In this document: positions 18,326-28,848 of the stretch, one piece after another
How positions within the stretch are numbered: the stretch's first letter is position 1
How the letters are laid out: every line of letters begins with the position of its first letter
Assembly (NCBI GenBank): GCA_030697645.1
Contig: JAUYPI010000003.1
Span: 318 to 64,317, forward strand
Source of the DNA: a bacterium
GTDB lineage: Bacteria; Patescibacteriota; Minisyncoccia; Phycocordibacterales; VMGT01
DNA: 64,000 nt
Direction of reading: 5' to 3'
Made by a program: the position numbers and the translations under genes
Notes under the pieces: model-generated
Seen by the model: only the letters and a program-made list of their open reading frames with translations
What the model was told of the DNA's origin: nothing
Databases searched by the model: none

Positions 18326-18844
18326 TCACGCCGGGCGGACTTTGAGTTTTGTTTGCCGGTCTTTGTCGAGTTTGGGCAATTTTATAATGAGGAGTCCCTG
18401 GCGCGACATCGCTTCGGCCGAGTCGGGGTCCACTTCGGCGGGGAGAAGCACGGTGCGTGAGAACGTGCCCCAGTAGAGCTCGCGGTGGAGATAGTCATCC
18501 TCGGAGATCGTGCGGGCCTCGGAGCGGCTGCCGCGGATCGTGAGCATGTCGCGCGTGATGACGATATCTATCTCATCAGGCTTCACACCGGCGACCATGG
18601 TCTTCACCACGATATCGGAGGGCGTTTGGTAGACGTCAACGGCGAGCTGGCCTTCGCGCGACTCCGCAAGGAGGTCGGCCGCGTTCTCGCTGTCTGTGTC
18701 GAGCGTTGCCTTGTTTTTCCCGATTTCGTTCGCGCCAGCGAGCCCCATACGCTTCGCGAGTGGGACGGTGCGGCCCTCGTCGTCCTCGTTTATTACCTTG
18801 TGTCGTGCGCCGGTGAGGCGCTCAAGAAATGATCGTTTGGACAT
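18326..18844 (-). CDS. Hsp20/alpha-crystallin family small heat-shock protein
   Basis: Alpha-crystallin domain: DVYQTPSDIVVKT..GVKPDEIDIV...GLLIIKLPK. Confidence 0.8.
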   Translation of the reverse strand: MSKRSFLERLTGARHKVINEDDEGRTVPLAKRMGLAGANEIGKNKATLDTDSENAADLLAESREGQLAVDVYQTPSDIVVKTMVAGVKPDEIDIVITRDMLTIRGSRSEARTISEDDYLHRELYWGTFSRTVLLPAEVDPDSAEAMSRQGLLIIKLPKLDKDRQTKLKVRPA

Positions 18845-19014
18845 TTGTTTACGAGATATTAGGTTTTAGGTTATAGGCCGCTAGGTTCTACGCTCCCTTA
18901 TAGGCTCTCGTTTTATCGTCAAAACCTAACACCTATAACCTAGCATCTAGTTAATAACTGCTAACAAGGTCGGCGAACGCTTGCTGCTTACTGCATACTG
19001 CTTGTTGCACGTTT

Positions 19015-19719
19015 TCATCCTCTCCGTTTTATTTTCTCAAACAGGATGATAAGCCCAACCATACCTGCCCAGACTGACGCGAAGACGGAGAAGAGGGCGG
19101 AGCCGTTTGAGGTGATTATAAGGAGATTGAAGAGCGCATGCAAGATGACCGCGGCGAGGACCCCGACGAGAAGGTAGTGGTGTCGGACGCTCCGGTGGCG
19201 GTGGAATGAGAGCGCGAGCGCGCCGCCGATTGCTGCGGAGGAGAGCGTGTGGAGGAGGGTCGCGCCGATGAAGCGGAGGTTCCCGGTCACGAGCCCGGCG
19301 AGGAACCCATCCTCCGTGAGTGGACCGATGAGGAAGAAGGCGTTTTCAAGCGCCGCAAACCCGAGCGCGGTCGTCATAAGGTAGATCAGCGCATCTATCG
19401 GCTCATCAACGTAGCGACTCCGGAGGACGAGCACTGCCGCTAGAGCGTATTTTGCGAGTTCTTCTATGACGGCCCAAAGTATGATAGTAGTGCTCGACGC
19501 GCCGTAGATGCTCCACACCCAGCGCTCCAGGGGGATCACGAGCGGCACCGCGAGCATCCCCGCGACGAACGCGAGCGCAATCATCCCGCGCGGCTCCGGG
19601 CGCTTGCGATCTTCATGGCGCCAGAACCAAAGCCAAAAGAGGGCAGGGAGGAAACCGCCGAGGGCGGCGTACAGAATGGTTGTTAGGTGCATGTTTTTGG
19701 TACTAGGTGCAAAGTGCAC
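19015..19719 (-). CDS. PrsW-family intramembrane metalloprotease
   Basis: Motifs EELAKY, FAALENAFF and HTLSSA within a multi-TM protein. GTG start; alternative ATG at 19692. Confidence 0.65.
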   Translation of the reverse strand: MHFAPSTKNMHLTTILYAALGGFLPALFWLWFWRHEDRKRPEPRGMIALAFVAGMLAVPLVIPLERWVWSIYGASSTTIILWAVIEELAKYALAAVLVLRSRYVDEPIDALIYLMTTALGFAALENAFFLIGPLTEDGFLAGLVTGNLRFIGATLLHTLSSAAIGGALALSFHRHRSVRHHYLLVGVLAAVILHALFNLLIITSNGSALFSVFASVWAGMVGLIILFEKIKRRG

Positions 19720-19788
19720 GGTACACGGCGGGAATTACTAGTATGCATCGAGTGTTGCACCTTGCACTGGGCACCGTGCACCTGGTGT

Positions 19789-21939
19789 TTACTTCGGCCA
19801 TCGTTCTACGAGCAGCAATTTCTCCTCGCCTTCGCGCCTCGGTATGATCTGCCAAATCGCCTCGGTGAGAAAGGGCATGAATGGGTGGAGGAGGATGAGG
19901 ACTCGGCGCAGGAGGGAGTCGAGGAGTAGCGCCGCCACACGCGCATCCTTCGCGTCCTCTCCCCTCAGGCGCGGCTTCGCCTCCTCTATAATTTTATCAG
20001 CAAACGTGTGCCAGACGTAGTGGTAGAGCTTCTCCGCGGCGACGTGAAGTCGAAAGTGTTCCATGTCGTCGGTAACCTCGCGCGAGAGCTCGTCAAGCTC
20101 GCCGAGGAGTTTGTTGTCGCCCTCGTCTGTATCTTGTATTTTGTATCTTGTATTTTGTATCGTTCCTTCGGCGTTCTCAACAACAAACCGCGCGATGTTC
20201 CAGAGCTTGTTTGAGAAATGCTTGTACCCCTTTATCTTATCCTCGGCAAGCGCGAGCGAAGTGCCTGGAGTGTTACCAACAATGAGTCCCATGCGGAGCG
20301 CGTCGGTACCATATTTTTCGGTGATGGTGAGGGGATCAATGACGTTGCCTTTCGATTTGCTCATTTTTTTCCCATGCGCGTCAAGGACGAGCCCATGGAG
20401 ATAAACGGTGCGAAACGGGACCTGGCCCGTCACATAGAGCGAGAGCATGGTCATGCGCGACACCCAAAAAAAGATAATTTCTCCCGCAGTTTCAAGCACA
20501 TCGGTGGGGAAGAAGGTTTTGAAATCGCTTGAGTCCGGGTAGCCGAGCGCCGCGAACGGCCACTGGCCTGAAGAGAACCAGGTGTCGAACGTATCGGGGT
20601 CTTTTCGTACTGCTCCGCCGCAGCGTGGACACACCCCGATGTTTCCTTCGAGATCAACGAAGCCATCCTCGCAGTGCTCGCAGAGCATAGCGGGGATCGG
20701 GATGCCCCAGACGATTTGCCGTGAGATATTCCAATCAATGATGTTCTCGAGCCAGTGGAGTACTATCTTTTTATAGTAGTCGGGAATGAAGACAACTTCG
20801 CCGCTTTCGATCGCCGTTCTCGCGCGCGCGGCGAGCGGTTGCATGCGTATGAACCACTGCGGTTTTATCTGCGGCTCAATCGGCGTGTCGCATTTGTAGC
20901 AGACACGCACCGTGTGCTTATAGCTCTCGTCGACATGGTCGAGCAGCCCTTTTTGTTTTAGTTTCTCAACGATGAGCGGCCGCGCCTTTTTGATGTGCAT
21001 GCCAGCGAATTCTCCGGCGATGGGAAGCAGCTTTCCGCCCCAATCGATGACTTGCTCCTTATCGAGCCCGTGCCGCTCGGCGATCTCAAAGTCGACGGCG
21101 TCGTGCCAGGGAGTGATGGTCATGACGCCAGTGCCGAAATCTCGGTCAATAGCAGTGTCCTTGATAACAGTCGCCCTGACCGGTCCATTGATCCACTCGA
21201 GCTCCAGAGTCTCGCCATCTCGGTAATTCCGGTAGCGTTCATCATCCGGGTGCATAACCACATATTTGTCGCCGAACTTCGTTTCCGGCCGCGCGGTGCC
21301 GATCGTAAACGGCCCGTATTTGAGATAGTAAAATGCATCGGTGCGCTCTTCGTCCTTGATTTCAAGGTCGGAGAAGGACGTTTGGTGCTTCGGGCACCAG
21401 CTTACGATCCGCTTGCCGCGGTAGAGGAGCTTGTCGTCGGCGAGCCTTTTGAATGTCTGGTAGACGGTGCGCACGACATCCTCGTCCAAGGTGAATTTCT
21501 CGCGGGACCAGTCGCATGAGGCGCCGAGACGGCGTACTTGGCCGTTGATGTTCGCGCGGTTGGCTTGGGTGAACTCCATGATTTCATCATAGAGTTTCTG
21601 CGGCGGCATATCGAAGCGGGAGCGTCCTTCTTTTTCGAGTTTTTTTTCGTACACCACCTGCGTTTCAAATCCCGCGTGGTCATTGCCCGGGAGCCAGAGC
21701 GCGCGCTTGCCACGCATACGCTCGTAGCGCACGAGAATGTCCTCGATCGTCATGACGAGTGCATGGCCCGCATGGAGATTACCGTTCGCGTTCGTCGGCG
21801 GCATGATGAGCGTAAACGCCGTATCGCGCCCGCCCGGGAGTTTGTCCGGGTTAAAGAAACCGCTCTCCTCCCACCTCCGGTAGAGTGCCGCCTCCCACTC
21901 GCGGTGATCGTATGGCTTTTTAAGCCGCTCGTCTGCCAT
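19789..21939 (-). CDS. valS: valine--tRNA ligase
   Basis: HIGH (HAGH) and KMSKS class I signatures. GNDHAGFETQ is ValRS-specific. ATG at 21939 (MADERLKKPYD...); the track's TTG start at 21975 was rejected. Confidence 0.9.
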   Translation of the reverse strand: MADERLKKPYDHREWEAALYRRWEESGFFNPDKLPGGRDTAFTLIMPPTNANGNLHAGHALVMTIEDILVRYERMRGKRALWLPGNDHAGFETQVVYEKKLEKEGRSRFDMPPQKLYDEIMEFTQANRANINGQVRRLGASCDWSREKFTLDEDVVRTVYQTFKRLADDKLLYRGKRIVSWCPKHQTSFSDLEIKDEERTDAFYYLKYGPFTIGTARPETKFGDKYVVMHPDDERYRNYRDGETLELEWINGPVRATVIKDTAIDRDFGTGVMTITPWHDAVDFEIAERHGLDKEQVIDWGGKLLPIAGEFAGMHIKKARPLIVEKLKQKGLLDHVDESYKHTVRVCYKCDTPIEPQIKPQWFIRMQPLAARARTAIESGEVVFIPDYYKKIVLHWLENIIDWNISRQIVWGIPIPAMLCEHCEDGFVDLEGNIGVCPRCGGAVRKDPDTFDTWFSSGQWPFAALGYPDSSDFKTFFPTDVLETAGEIIFFWVSRMTMLSLYVTGQVPFRTVYLHGLVLDAHGKKMSKSKGNVIDPLTITEKYGTDALRMGLIVGNTPGTSLALAEDKIKGYKHFSNKLWNIARFVVENAEGTIQNTRYKIQDTDEGDNKLLGELDELSREVTDDMEHFRLHVAAEKLYHYVWHTFADKIIEEAKPRLRGEDAKDARVAALLLDSLLRRVLILLHPFMPFLTEAIWQIIPRREGEEKLLLVERWPK

Positions 21940-22329
21940 AGGCATTATCATACAAAGATCGCCCGTACGCCGCAACGGATCGGATCGGCTTTGCGTACCA
22001 TGCTCGCGCGGCGATCCTATTACACAGTACTACACGGTAATGACGCCGTGAGGGCCTTTTTGTGTTGCATTTGCAATAACACTGCGATCGCTTTGTTATT
22101 GCAAATGTACGATTACGATAAAGATTACGGTTCAACAACTGGATTGCTTCCCGCCATGCTTTGCTCTGCACTGTCTGATGTAGGGCTTCGCTCGCGGCTT
22201 CGGCCAAATCGCTCGCAATGCATTAAATGACGGGCGTGAGTGATTACCGTGTGCCGTTTGAAGTTTGACAAGACGCCTTTCTTTGCTAGGATGAATGTTG
22301 AGCTCGTCCACGGGCGGGCTTGTTTTAGT

Positions 22330-22674
22330 ATGTCACGGTCGCTGAAGAAAGGTCCCTATGTGGACGCGAAGCTCCTGAAGAAAATCTCCGGCAAGAAGCC
22401 GGAGGACTTCAAGCAGCCCGTCCGCACCTGGGCGCGCCGGAGCCAAATCAGCCCCGAGATGGTCGGGTTCACGTTTGGCGTGCATAATGGACGAGAGCAT
22501 ATACCAGTATTCGTGAGCGAGGAGATGGTGGGGCAGCGGCTCGGCGAATTTTCGTTGACGCGCAAGTTCGTGCGACACGGCGGCAAGATGCAGAAGGAGA
22601 TCGAGACCAAAAAGAAAGAAGCCGAGCTCGCCGCGGCAAAAGCGGCGAAAGAGCCGGCGGGAGTGAAGAAGTAG
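22330..22674 (+). CDS. rpsS: 30S ribosomal protein S19 (with Lys/Ala-rich C-terminal tail)
   Basis: [12 protein letters not shown]...[11 protein letters not shown]. Confidence 0.9.
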   Translation: MSRSLKKGPYVDAKLLKKISGKKPEDFKQPVRTWARRSQISPEMVGFTFGVHNGREHIPVFVSEEMVGQRLGEFSLTRKFVRHGGKMQKEIETKKKEAELAAAKAAKEPAGVKK

Positions 22675-22689
22675 TGTTTATTTTAGGGA

Positions 22690-22784
22690 TTAGTAACTCG
22701 TCACTAGTAACTAGGGACTTCTTCTGTATCGGTTCTCGTCGCTCGTTTCTAGTTACCAGTTACTGATTACCAGTCCCTCGTTTT
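22690..22784. repeat. palindromic element, family D (TAGTAACTAG / CTAGTTACCAGTTAC arms)
   Basis: Related copies at 25150-25262 and 27225-27313. Arm motifs also occur at 37355-37400 and 43795-43830. Confidence 0.7.
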
Positions 22785-23108
22785 ATGAGAGCCACCCTCA
22801 AAACCTATCGTCAGTCGCCGCGTAAAGTGCGACTTGTTGCTGATACAATCCGAGGCAAGCGGGTCAGCGAGGCGCTCACCGTGCTCTCGTTTCTTGAGAA
22901 GCGCGCGGCGGCGCCGATCAGAAAATTGCTTGAGTCCGCGGTTGCGAATGCGCGGCAGAATTTCGGCGCTGATCCCGACGGGCTTGCCGTCCGCGAGATC
23001 ACCGTGAACAAGGGCGCGGTTCTCAAACGCTCGATGCCTCGCGCGCGCGGCAGGGCGACGCCGATTCGTAAGAGAACCTCGCATATAAGTATTACTTTGG
23101 GCGAATGA
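22785..23108 (+). CDS. rplV: 50S ribosomal protein L22
   Basis: Sequence similarity and operon position. Confidence 0.9.
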   Translation: MRATLKTYRQSPRKVRLVADTIRGKRVSEALTVLSFLEKRAAAPIRKLLESAVANARQNFGADPDGLAVREITVNKGAVLKRSMPRARGRATPIRKRTSHISITLGE

Positions 23109-23134
23109 TTTTTAAGTTTGCAGGGTTAGGTTAT

Positions 23135-23265
23135 AGAGTCGAATTTTCAATGTACAATTTTCAATTTTCAATCAATTTTGCAATGACTCAATTTTCAAAC
23201 ACGTCGACGTTTATCCGTCGCTCGTCGTCGAAACATTGAAAATTGATAATTGAAAATTTCAACGT
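23135..23265. repeat. palindromic element, family A
   Basis: Ends 1 bp before the rpsC ATG. Confidence 0.75.
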
Positions 23266-23928
23266 ATGTCTCACACCGTCCACCCCTACGCCCACCGCCT
23301 CGGCATCATTCGCGACTGGAAGTCGCGCTGGTGGGCGTTGGGTGAACAATACAAAACGCGTCTCCGGGGCGACGTGTTGCTTCGCGAGTATCTTGAGAAG
23401 CGCCTGCGCGGGCTCTATGTGAGTACGATTGAGATGGAGCGCGGCGCGCACATGCTCCGCATCATCGTGAAAACGACGCGCCCGGGGCTCCTCATCGGCC
23501 GCAGTGGCGAGGGCGCGACGCGCCTTCGCGGCGACATCGTGAATTTCCTCAAGAAGCGCCGCGGTCTCCTTGAGAGCGCGGGAGACATCAAACTCGACAT
23601 TGAGGAGGTGCGCTCGCCGGAGTCGAACGCGAAAATCGTCGGCTACATGGTTGTGGACGGCCTCGAGAAGCGCATGCCGTTTCGCCGTGTGCTCAAACAA
23701 ATCGTGGAGAAAGTGATGGCGAATCGGGATGTACTTGGCGTGCGCATAAAGCTCTCCGGCAGGCTCGGGGGTGCCGATATGGCACGGCAGGAGGACGTGC
23801 GTAAGGGTAGGATTCCGCTTCAGACGTTTCGCTCAGACATAGATTTCGCTCGGCTTCGAGCTACGATTCCGCAGGGCGATATCGGTGTGAAGGTGTGGAT
23901 CTATAAAGGAGAGGTGTTTCAGAAGTAA
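23266..23928 (+). CDS. rpsC: 30S ribosomal protein S3
   Basis: KH plus S3-C domains. Confidence 0.9.
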   Translation: MSHTVHPYAHRLGIIRDWKSRWWALGEQYKTRLRGDVLLREYLEKRLRGLYVSTIEMERGAHMLRIIVKTTRPGLLIGRSGEGATRLRGDIVNFLKKRRGLLESAGDIKLDIEEVRSPESNAKIVGYMVVDGLEKRMPFRRVLKQIVEKVMANRDVLGVRIKLSGRLGGADMARQEDVRKGRIPLQTFRSDIDFARLRATIPQGDIGVKVWIYKGEVFQK

Positions 23929-23957
23929 AGTAAAGGACGTGAAGATGGTGATGAAAG

Positions 23958-24096
23958 AATTTTCAATTTACAATTTTCAATTTTCAATCAATTTTGCAAT
24001 GAATCAATTTTCAAACACGACGTCGTTCGTCATTGAGTCATTGAAACATTGAAAATTTATTGAAAATTGAAAATTGGGACTTGAAAATTTTCGACT
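23958..24096. repeat. palindromic element, family A
   Basis: Abuts the rplP ATG. Confidence 0.75.
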
Positions 24097-24513
24097 ATGT
24101 TGTTTCCCAAAAAAGTAAAACATCGTAAGTGGCAGAAACACCGGCGTAATCTCTCGAAGGTTGGCGTCGCCTCGCGTGGCACGACGGTCGCATTCGGGTC
24201 GTGGGGCTTGCGCGCGACGAGTTACGGCAGGATCCGTTCGACGCAAATCGAGGCGGCGCGTCGCGTGCTCTCGCGGGGCGTTGCGAAGTCCGGCCGGGTG
24301 TGGATCCGGATATTTCCGGACCGTCCGTATACTGCGAAGCCCCCGGAAGTAGGCATGGGCAAGGGAAAGGGCGACCCGCAGGGCTTTGAAGTCGAGGTGC
24401 TGCCCGGACGGATACTCTTTGAGATAGATGGCCTTGCGCGCGAGGCGGCGCTTGATACGCTTCGTAAGGCCGCGAGCAAGATGCCAGTGAAGACACGGGC
24501 AGTGAGTGCGTAG
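24097..24513 (+). CDS. rplP: 50S ribosomal protein L16
   Basis: Sequence similarity. Confidence 0.9.
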   Translation: MLFPKKVKHRKWQKHRRNLSKVGVASRGTTVAFGSWGLRATSYGRIRSTQIEAARRVLSRGVAKSGRVWIRIFPDRPYTAKPPEVGMGKGKGDPQGFEVEVLPGRILFEIDGLAREAALDTLRKAASKMPVKTRAVSA

Positions 24514-24524
24514 TCCTTTACTTT

Positions 24525-24734
24525 ATGAAAAAAGCGACGTATAAAGATATATCCGATGTCGATCTCGCCAAGGCTCTTCGCGAGAAACGCGAGACGCTTC
24601 GCGCATTTCGTTTTGCCTCCTCGGGTGCCAAGGTGAAGAATGTGCACGAGGGACGGAATGTGAGGAGAGATGTGGCGAGGATATTGACGGAGTTGGAGCG
24701 CCGTTCCACTAGTGGGGTGCGTGGGGCAGCGTAA
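24525..24734 (+). CDS. rpmC: 50S ribosomal protein L29
   Basis: Sequence similarity and position. Confidence 0.85.
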   Translation: MKKATYKDISDVDLAKALREKRETLRAFRFASSGAKVKNVHEGRNVRRDVARILTELERRSTSGVRGAA

Positions 24735-24736
24735 TT

Positions 24737-24890
24737 TCCAATTTTCAATTTTACAATTTTCAATCAATTTTGCAATTACTCAATTTTCAAACACGACATC
24801 GTTCGTCATTGACTCATTGGAGCATTGAAAATTTATTGAAAATTGGAAATTGGAAATTGAAAATTTTTAGCGGCGATTACTTTTAGAGAT
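24737..24890. repeat. palindromic element, family A
   Basis: Lies between rpmC and rpsQ. Confidence 0.75.
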
Positions 24891-25148
24891 ATGGTAACTT
24901 CTAATATAAAGTCCCATGTTAGAGGCGGCAGGGTGCTACGCGGTACCGTTGTCTCCGACAAAATGCGCGACACCGTCGCGGTTGTGGTGACGCGCTACGT
25001 GAAGCACCCGCGCGTCGGCAAGTATGTGCGCTGTCGGAAAAAGTATCTCGCGCATGATGCAGGCAACACGCATCACACGGGAGATACTGTCACCATACGG
25101 GAGACCAGGCCCCTGTCTAAACGAAAATCTTTTATCGTTGCCCCGTAG
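24891..25148 (+). CDS. rpsQ: 30S ribosomal protein S17
   Basis: Sequence similarity. Confidence 0.9.
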   Translation: MVTSNIKSHVRGGRVLRGTVVSDKMRDTVAVVVTRYVKHPRVGKYVRCRKKYLAHDAGNTHHTGDTVTIRETRPLSKRKSFIVAP

Positions 25149-25149
25149 G

Positions 25150-25262
25150 GACTCGTAATCAGTAACTCGTAACTAGCAGCCGGCAATTTGGCGTGACTGT
25201 AACAATAGCAAGAGGCGATGTCGCCCCTAGTTACCAGTTACTAGTTACGAGTCCCCACTTAC
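25150..25262. repeat. palindromic element, family D
   Basis: Abuts the rplN ATG. Confidence 0.7.
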
Positions 25263-25634
25263 ATGATCCAGCCCCAAACCATCGTCACTATAGCGGACAA
25301 TTCCGGCGGCAAGATCGGACGCATCTTCAAGGTGCCCGGCGGATCGCGCCGCAGGTACGCGCGTCTCGGGGACGTGGTCATTCTCTCGGTGCAGGTCGCG
25401 GAGCCGCGAAAGACTGTGAAGAAGAAAGACATCTGCCACGCGGTCGTCGTGCGGCAGCGGCAGCCCTTTCGCCGGAAGGATGGTTCGTACGTGCGTTTTG
25501 ATGACAACGCCGTGGTGCTCATTGAGAAGGGCAAGCTCGAGCCGCGCGCGAATCGCATCTTCGGCCCGATGCCGCGGGAGCTTGCGGAGAGGGGATACCA
25601 GAAAATAATATCTCTTGCCCCCGAGGTGGTATAG
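25263..25634 (+). CDS. rplN: 50S ribosomal protein L14
   Basis: Sequence similarity. Confidence 0.9.
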   Translation: MIQPQTIVTIADNSGGKIGRIFKVPGGSRRRYARLGDVVILSVQVAEPRKTVKKKDICHAVVVRQRQPFRRKDGSYVRFDDNAVVLIEKGKLEPRANRIFGPMPRELAERGYQKIISLAPEVV

Positions 25635-25637
25635 TTT

Positions 25638-25791
25638 GGGAATTTTCAATTTACAATTTTCAATCAATTTTGCAATGGCTCAATTTTCAAACACGACATA
25701 GTCCGTCATTGAGTCATTGGAGCATTGAAAATTATTTGAAAATTGCAAAATTGAAAATTGAAAATTTTTAGCGGCGTGGGAACCCATCGTC
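25638..25791. repeat. palindromic element, family A
   Basis: Abuts the rplX ATG. Confidence 0.75.
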
Positions 25792-26100
25792 ATGAAACTG
25801 CATCGTGGTGACAATGTCATAATTATTTCCGGCAAAGACCGTGGTCGCACCGGCACGGTAACGCGCGCGCTTCCTGCGAGCGAGCAGGTGATTATTGACG
25901 GCCTCAATATGCGGAAGCGTCACCGCCGTCCGCGTCGCGCGAATGAGAAAGGGCAGATTGTCGATCTTGCGCACCCGATTCATATCTCGAACGTGATGCT
26001 TGTTGACCCGAAGACAGGGAAGCCTACGCGGGTGGGGTACAGGATGGAGGGAGGAAAGAAAATAAGGTTCGCCAAAAAAAGTGGAGCCGCACTCATCTGA
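25792..26100 (+). CDS. rplX: 50S ribosomal protein L24
   Basis: KOW domain. Confidence 0.9.
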   Translation: MKLHRGDNVIIISGKDRGRTGTVTRALPASEQVIIDGLNMRKRHRRPRRANEKGQIVDLAHPIHISNVMLVDPKTGKPTRVGYRMEGGKKIRFAKKSGAALI

Positions 26101-26129
26101 ATAAGCGTAAAGCGCAAAGCGAAAAGCGC

Positions 26130-26290
26130 AAAAAAAAACAGTAAAAAATTTCAAGCTCCAACCAACAAGCTCCAAACAAATTTCAAATTCCAATGCATCA
26201 AATCTCAAACACGCACGTCGTGTTTGGAAATTGGATTTTGAATATTGAGATTTGTTTGGAGACGGGTTTTTTTGGAATTTGGAAATTAGT
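26130..26290. repeat. palindromic element, family B
   Basis: Produces the spurious MHQISNTHVVFGNWIL peptide in ORF 26193..26384. Confidence 0.7.
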
Positions 26291-26296
26291 GAACGT

Positions 26297-26827
26297 ATGG
26301 TTACCGAAAAATTACAAAGCGCTTTCGGCGCTCTCAAAGACCGTTTTGGCTATACCAACATATGGCAGGCTCCTCGCCTTGTGAAGATTGTCGTCTCGGT
26401 CGGCGCGGGCCGCGTGAGCAAAGACGAGAAGCGGCTCGCGCTGATTGCAGACCGGCTCGCGAAGATCACGGGGCAGAAGGCGGCACCCCGCGCCGCAAAG
26501 AAAGCGATCGCTTCGTTCAAGTCGCGGCAGGGGGACATCGTGGGTTACCAGGTGACGCTCCGCGGTCGACGGGCGCGCGATTTCCTCACGCGGCTTATCT
26601 CGATTGCCCTGCCGCGCACGCGTGACTTCCGCGGTGTTGCGCGCAGTTCTGTTGACGAGATGGGCAACTGCACCGTCGGCATTTCGGAGCACATTATCTT
26701 CCCCGAGAGCGCGGACGAGGAGTCGCGCGACATCTTCGGCTTTGCGGCGACGATTGTTACCACAGCCCATACGCGAGACGAGGCGCTCGCTTTCCTTGAG
26801 CACCTCGGCATGCCGTTTACAAAGTGA
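26297..26827 (+). CDS. rplE: 50S ribosomal protein L5
   Basis: Starts MVTEKLQSAF. The ORF-track start at 26252 lies inside the repeat and was rejected. Confidence 0.9.
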   Translation: MVTEKLQSAFGALKDRFGYTNIWQAPRLVKIVVSVGAGRVSKDEKRLALIADRLAKITGQKAAPRAAKKAIASFKSRQGDIVGYQVTLRGRRARDFLTRLISIALPRTRDFRGVARSSVDEMGNCTVGISEHIIFPESADEESRDIFGFAATIVTTAHTRDEALAFLEHLGMPFTK

Positions 26828-27029
26828 CTCGTGTTCGACTATAGTTTTCGGAGAAGTGAATGGTTTTTTGCTTCGTTTGCAATCGATCGCGCGTCCCTGC
26901 GGTTCCGACCGTTCGGGGCGCTGTCTTTTTTTTGGCGTGACGATGCGCGTTTGACTTCAGCGCGGAGTTTCGCTACTATAAAGCCCGAGCCCACTGAGCT
27001 GCGGGCTTCTTCATTGCTTTTGGAAAGGT

Positions 27030-27215
27030 ATGGCGAAGACATCGGTCATTGCACGGGCTTTGAAGCCCCCCAAATTCCGCTCGCGGGTCGTGCGGCGGTG
27101 TTTTCGGTGTGGCAGGAAGCGCGGCTATATGAGTGACTTCGATCTCTGCCGCATCTGCTTCCGTGAGCTCGCGAATGAAGGGATGATACCGGGCATTAGA
27201 AAGTCGAGCTGGTGA
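27030..27215 (+). CDS. rpsZ: 30S ribosomal protein S14, type Z (zinc-binding)
   Basis: CxxC...CxxC, 61 aa. Confidence 0.9.
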   Translation: MAKTSVIARALKPPKFRSRVVRRCFRCGRKRGYMSDFDLCRICFRELANEGMIPGIRKSSW

Positions 27216-27224
27216 TTTTTTTAA

Positions 27225-27313
27225 CGAGGGGTTAGTAATCAGTAACTGGTAACTGGGGACGGGATGGCGTCGCGTCCTAGTGACTAGTTACCAGTGACTA
27301 GTCCCCAGTAACC
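27225..27313. repeat. palindromic element, family D
   Basis: Abuts the rpsH ATG. Confidence 0.7.
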
Positions 27314-27700
27314 ATGGATCCTATCGCCGACATGTTGATACGTTTCAAAAACGCGGGGAGCGCGCGGAAGCCCTCGGTTTTTGTGCCGTATTCAAAGATG
27401 AAGTTCTCGATCGCGACGCTCCTTGCGCGCGAGGGTTTTCTTGGCGGCGTGACGCGTCGCACGCGCCGCGGCAAAAAAATGCTCGAGTGCATGCTGCGCT
27501 CTGGGGAGGGAAACTCCGGGATCCGCGGCGTGCGACGCCTCTCGAAGCTCTCGCGGCGAGTCTACCTCGGCGCTGACGGCATTCGCCGCGTGCGGCAGGG
27601 TTTCGGGCGGCTAGTACTCTCGACCCCAAAAGGCATCATGACCGGCGAGGAAGCGCGGAAAGAGCATGTGGGAGGGGAGGCGCTGTTCACCATTTGGTAA
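27314..27700 (+). CDS. rpsH: 30S ribosomal protein S8
   Basis: Sequence similarity. Confidence 0.9.
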   Translation: MDPIADMLIRFKNAGSARKPSVFVPYSKMKFSIATLLAREGFLGGVTRRTRRGKKMLECMLRSGEGNSGIRGVRRLSKLSRRVYLGADGIRRVRQGFGRLVLSTPKGIMTGEEARKEHVGGEALFTIW

Positions 27701-27734
27701 AACATTTATGGAGTAAAGTAACCGCTTTTTTTGA

Positions 27735-27871
27735 GAAGCTAAAATTTTCAATTTTCAATGTTTCAATGACGCAATGACGAGTGGCGGACGAATGTCGACG
27801 TGTTTGAAAATTGATTCATTGCAAAATTGATTGAAAATTGGAAATTGTAAATTGAAAATTCAGACTATACT
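27735..27871. repeat. palindromic element, family A (opposite orientation)
   Basis: Ends TATACT ATG, so the rplF mRNA is possibly leaderless. Confidence 0.75.
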
Positions 27872-28408
27872 ATGTCTCGTTACGGCAAACAACCTATCAC
27901 GATTCCCGTGGGCGTTGACGTCACCCTCGGCGACGGCGGTGAAATTACTGTCGGCGGTGCGCACGGTACGCTCGCGCGTGTTTTTCGTTCGGAGATCGAG
28001 ATTCGTAAAGATGACAATGCGCTCCTTCTCGCGCCGAGAGCGAAGACCGAGCTCGCCCACGCGCTCTGGGGCACCTACGCGGCGCACCTGCGCAACATGA
28101 TCCAGGGCGTGCGCGAGCCGTTTGTGAAGAAGCTGGTGATAGAGGGCGTCGGCTTTCGGGCAGAGGCCGCAGGCGAGACGCTGACGCTCCAGCTCGGCTT
28201 TTCGCACCCGGTGAAAGTCGCGATACCGAAAGGGATTGCGGCAAAGGTGGAGAAGGGCACCATCACGATTACCGGCGCGGACAAGGAGCTCGTGGGGGAA
28301 TTTGCAGCGCGGGTCCGGGCGCTCAAGAAGCCGGAGCCGTACAAGGGCAAGGGGATTCGCTATGAGGGTGAGGTCGTGCGTAGGAAGCAGGGGAAGAAAT
28401 CGGTGTAA
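27872..28408 (+). CDS. rplF: 50S ribosomal protein L6
   Basis: Sequence similarity. Confidence 0.9.
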   Translation: MSRYGKQPITIPVGVDVTLGDGGEITVGGAHGTLARVFRSEIEIRKDDNALLLAPRAKTELAHALWGTYAAHLRNMIQGVREPFVKKLVIEGVGFRAEAAGETLTLQLGFSHPVKVAIPKGIAAKVEKGTITITGADKELVGEFAARVRALKKPEPYKGKGIRYEGEVVRRKQGKKSV

Positions 28409-28419
28409 CGGGTGTAACG

Positions 28420-28495
28420 AGAGGGTAGAGAGTGGAAAGTGGAGAGTAGATTGTAGTCTACTTTCTCCCTTCCACTTTCTACTTTCCAAAATAAA
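28420..28495. repeat. palindromic element, family F (AGTGGAAAGTGGAGAG / CTCCCTTCCACTTTCTAC arms)
   Basis: Lies between rplF and rplR. Confidence 0.6.
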
Positions 28496-28503
28496 ACAAA
28501 TAT

Positions 28504-28848
28504 ATGCGCCCAACAAAACAGACACAACGTATTCGTCGCCACAAACGCATCCGCGCGAAGGTACGCGGTACCTCCGTGCGTCCCCGTCTCGCCGTGTATA
28601 AGTCCAATCGCTATCTTCACGTGCAGCTTGTTGATGACCGTACGGCGAAAACGATCGTTGGCATCATGAGTCGCGGTATCGGCTCGGGGAGCAAGGTCGA
28701 GCGCTCCCGGGTGGCAGGTGAGCAGCTTGCAAAAGCCGCGCGCGCAAAAGGCATCGAGCGCGTGGTGTTTGACCGTGGTGGCTTTAGCTTCAGAGGGAGG
28801 ATTGCGGCATGCGCAGAAGGGGCGAGATCAGGAGGACTTGTATTTTAG
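28504..28848 (+). CDS. rplR: 50S ribosomal protein L18
   Basis: Sequence similarity. Confidence 0.9.
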   Translation: MRPTKQTQRIRRHKRIRAKVRGTSVRPRLAVYKSNRYLHVQLVDDRTAKTIVGIMSRGIGSGSKVERSRVAGEQLAKAARAKGIERVVFDRGGFSFRGRIAACAEGARSGGLVF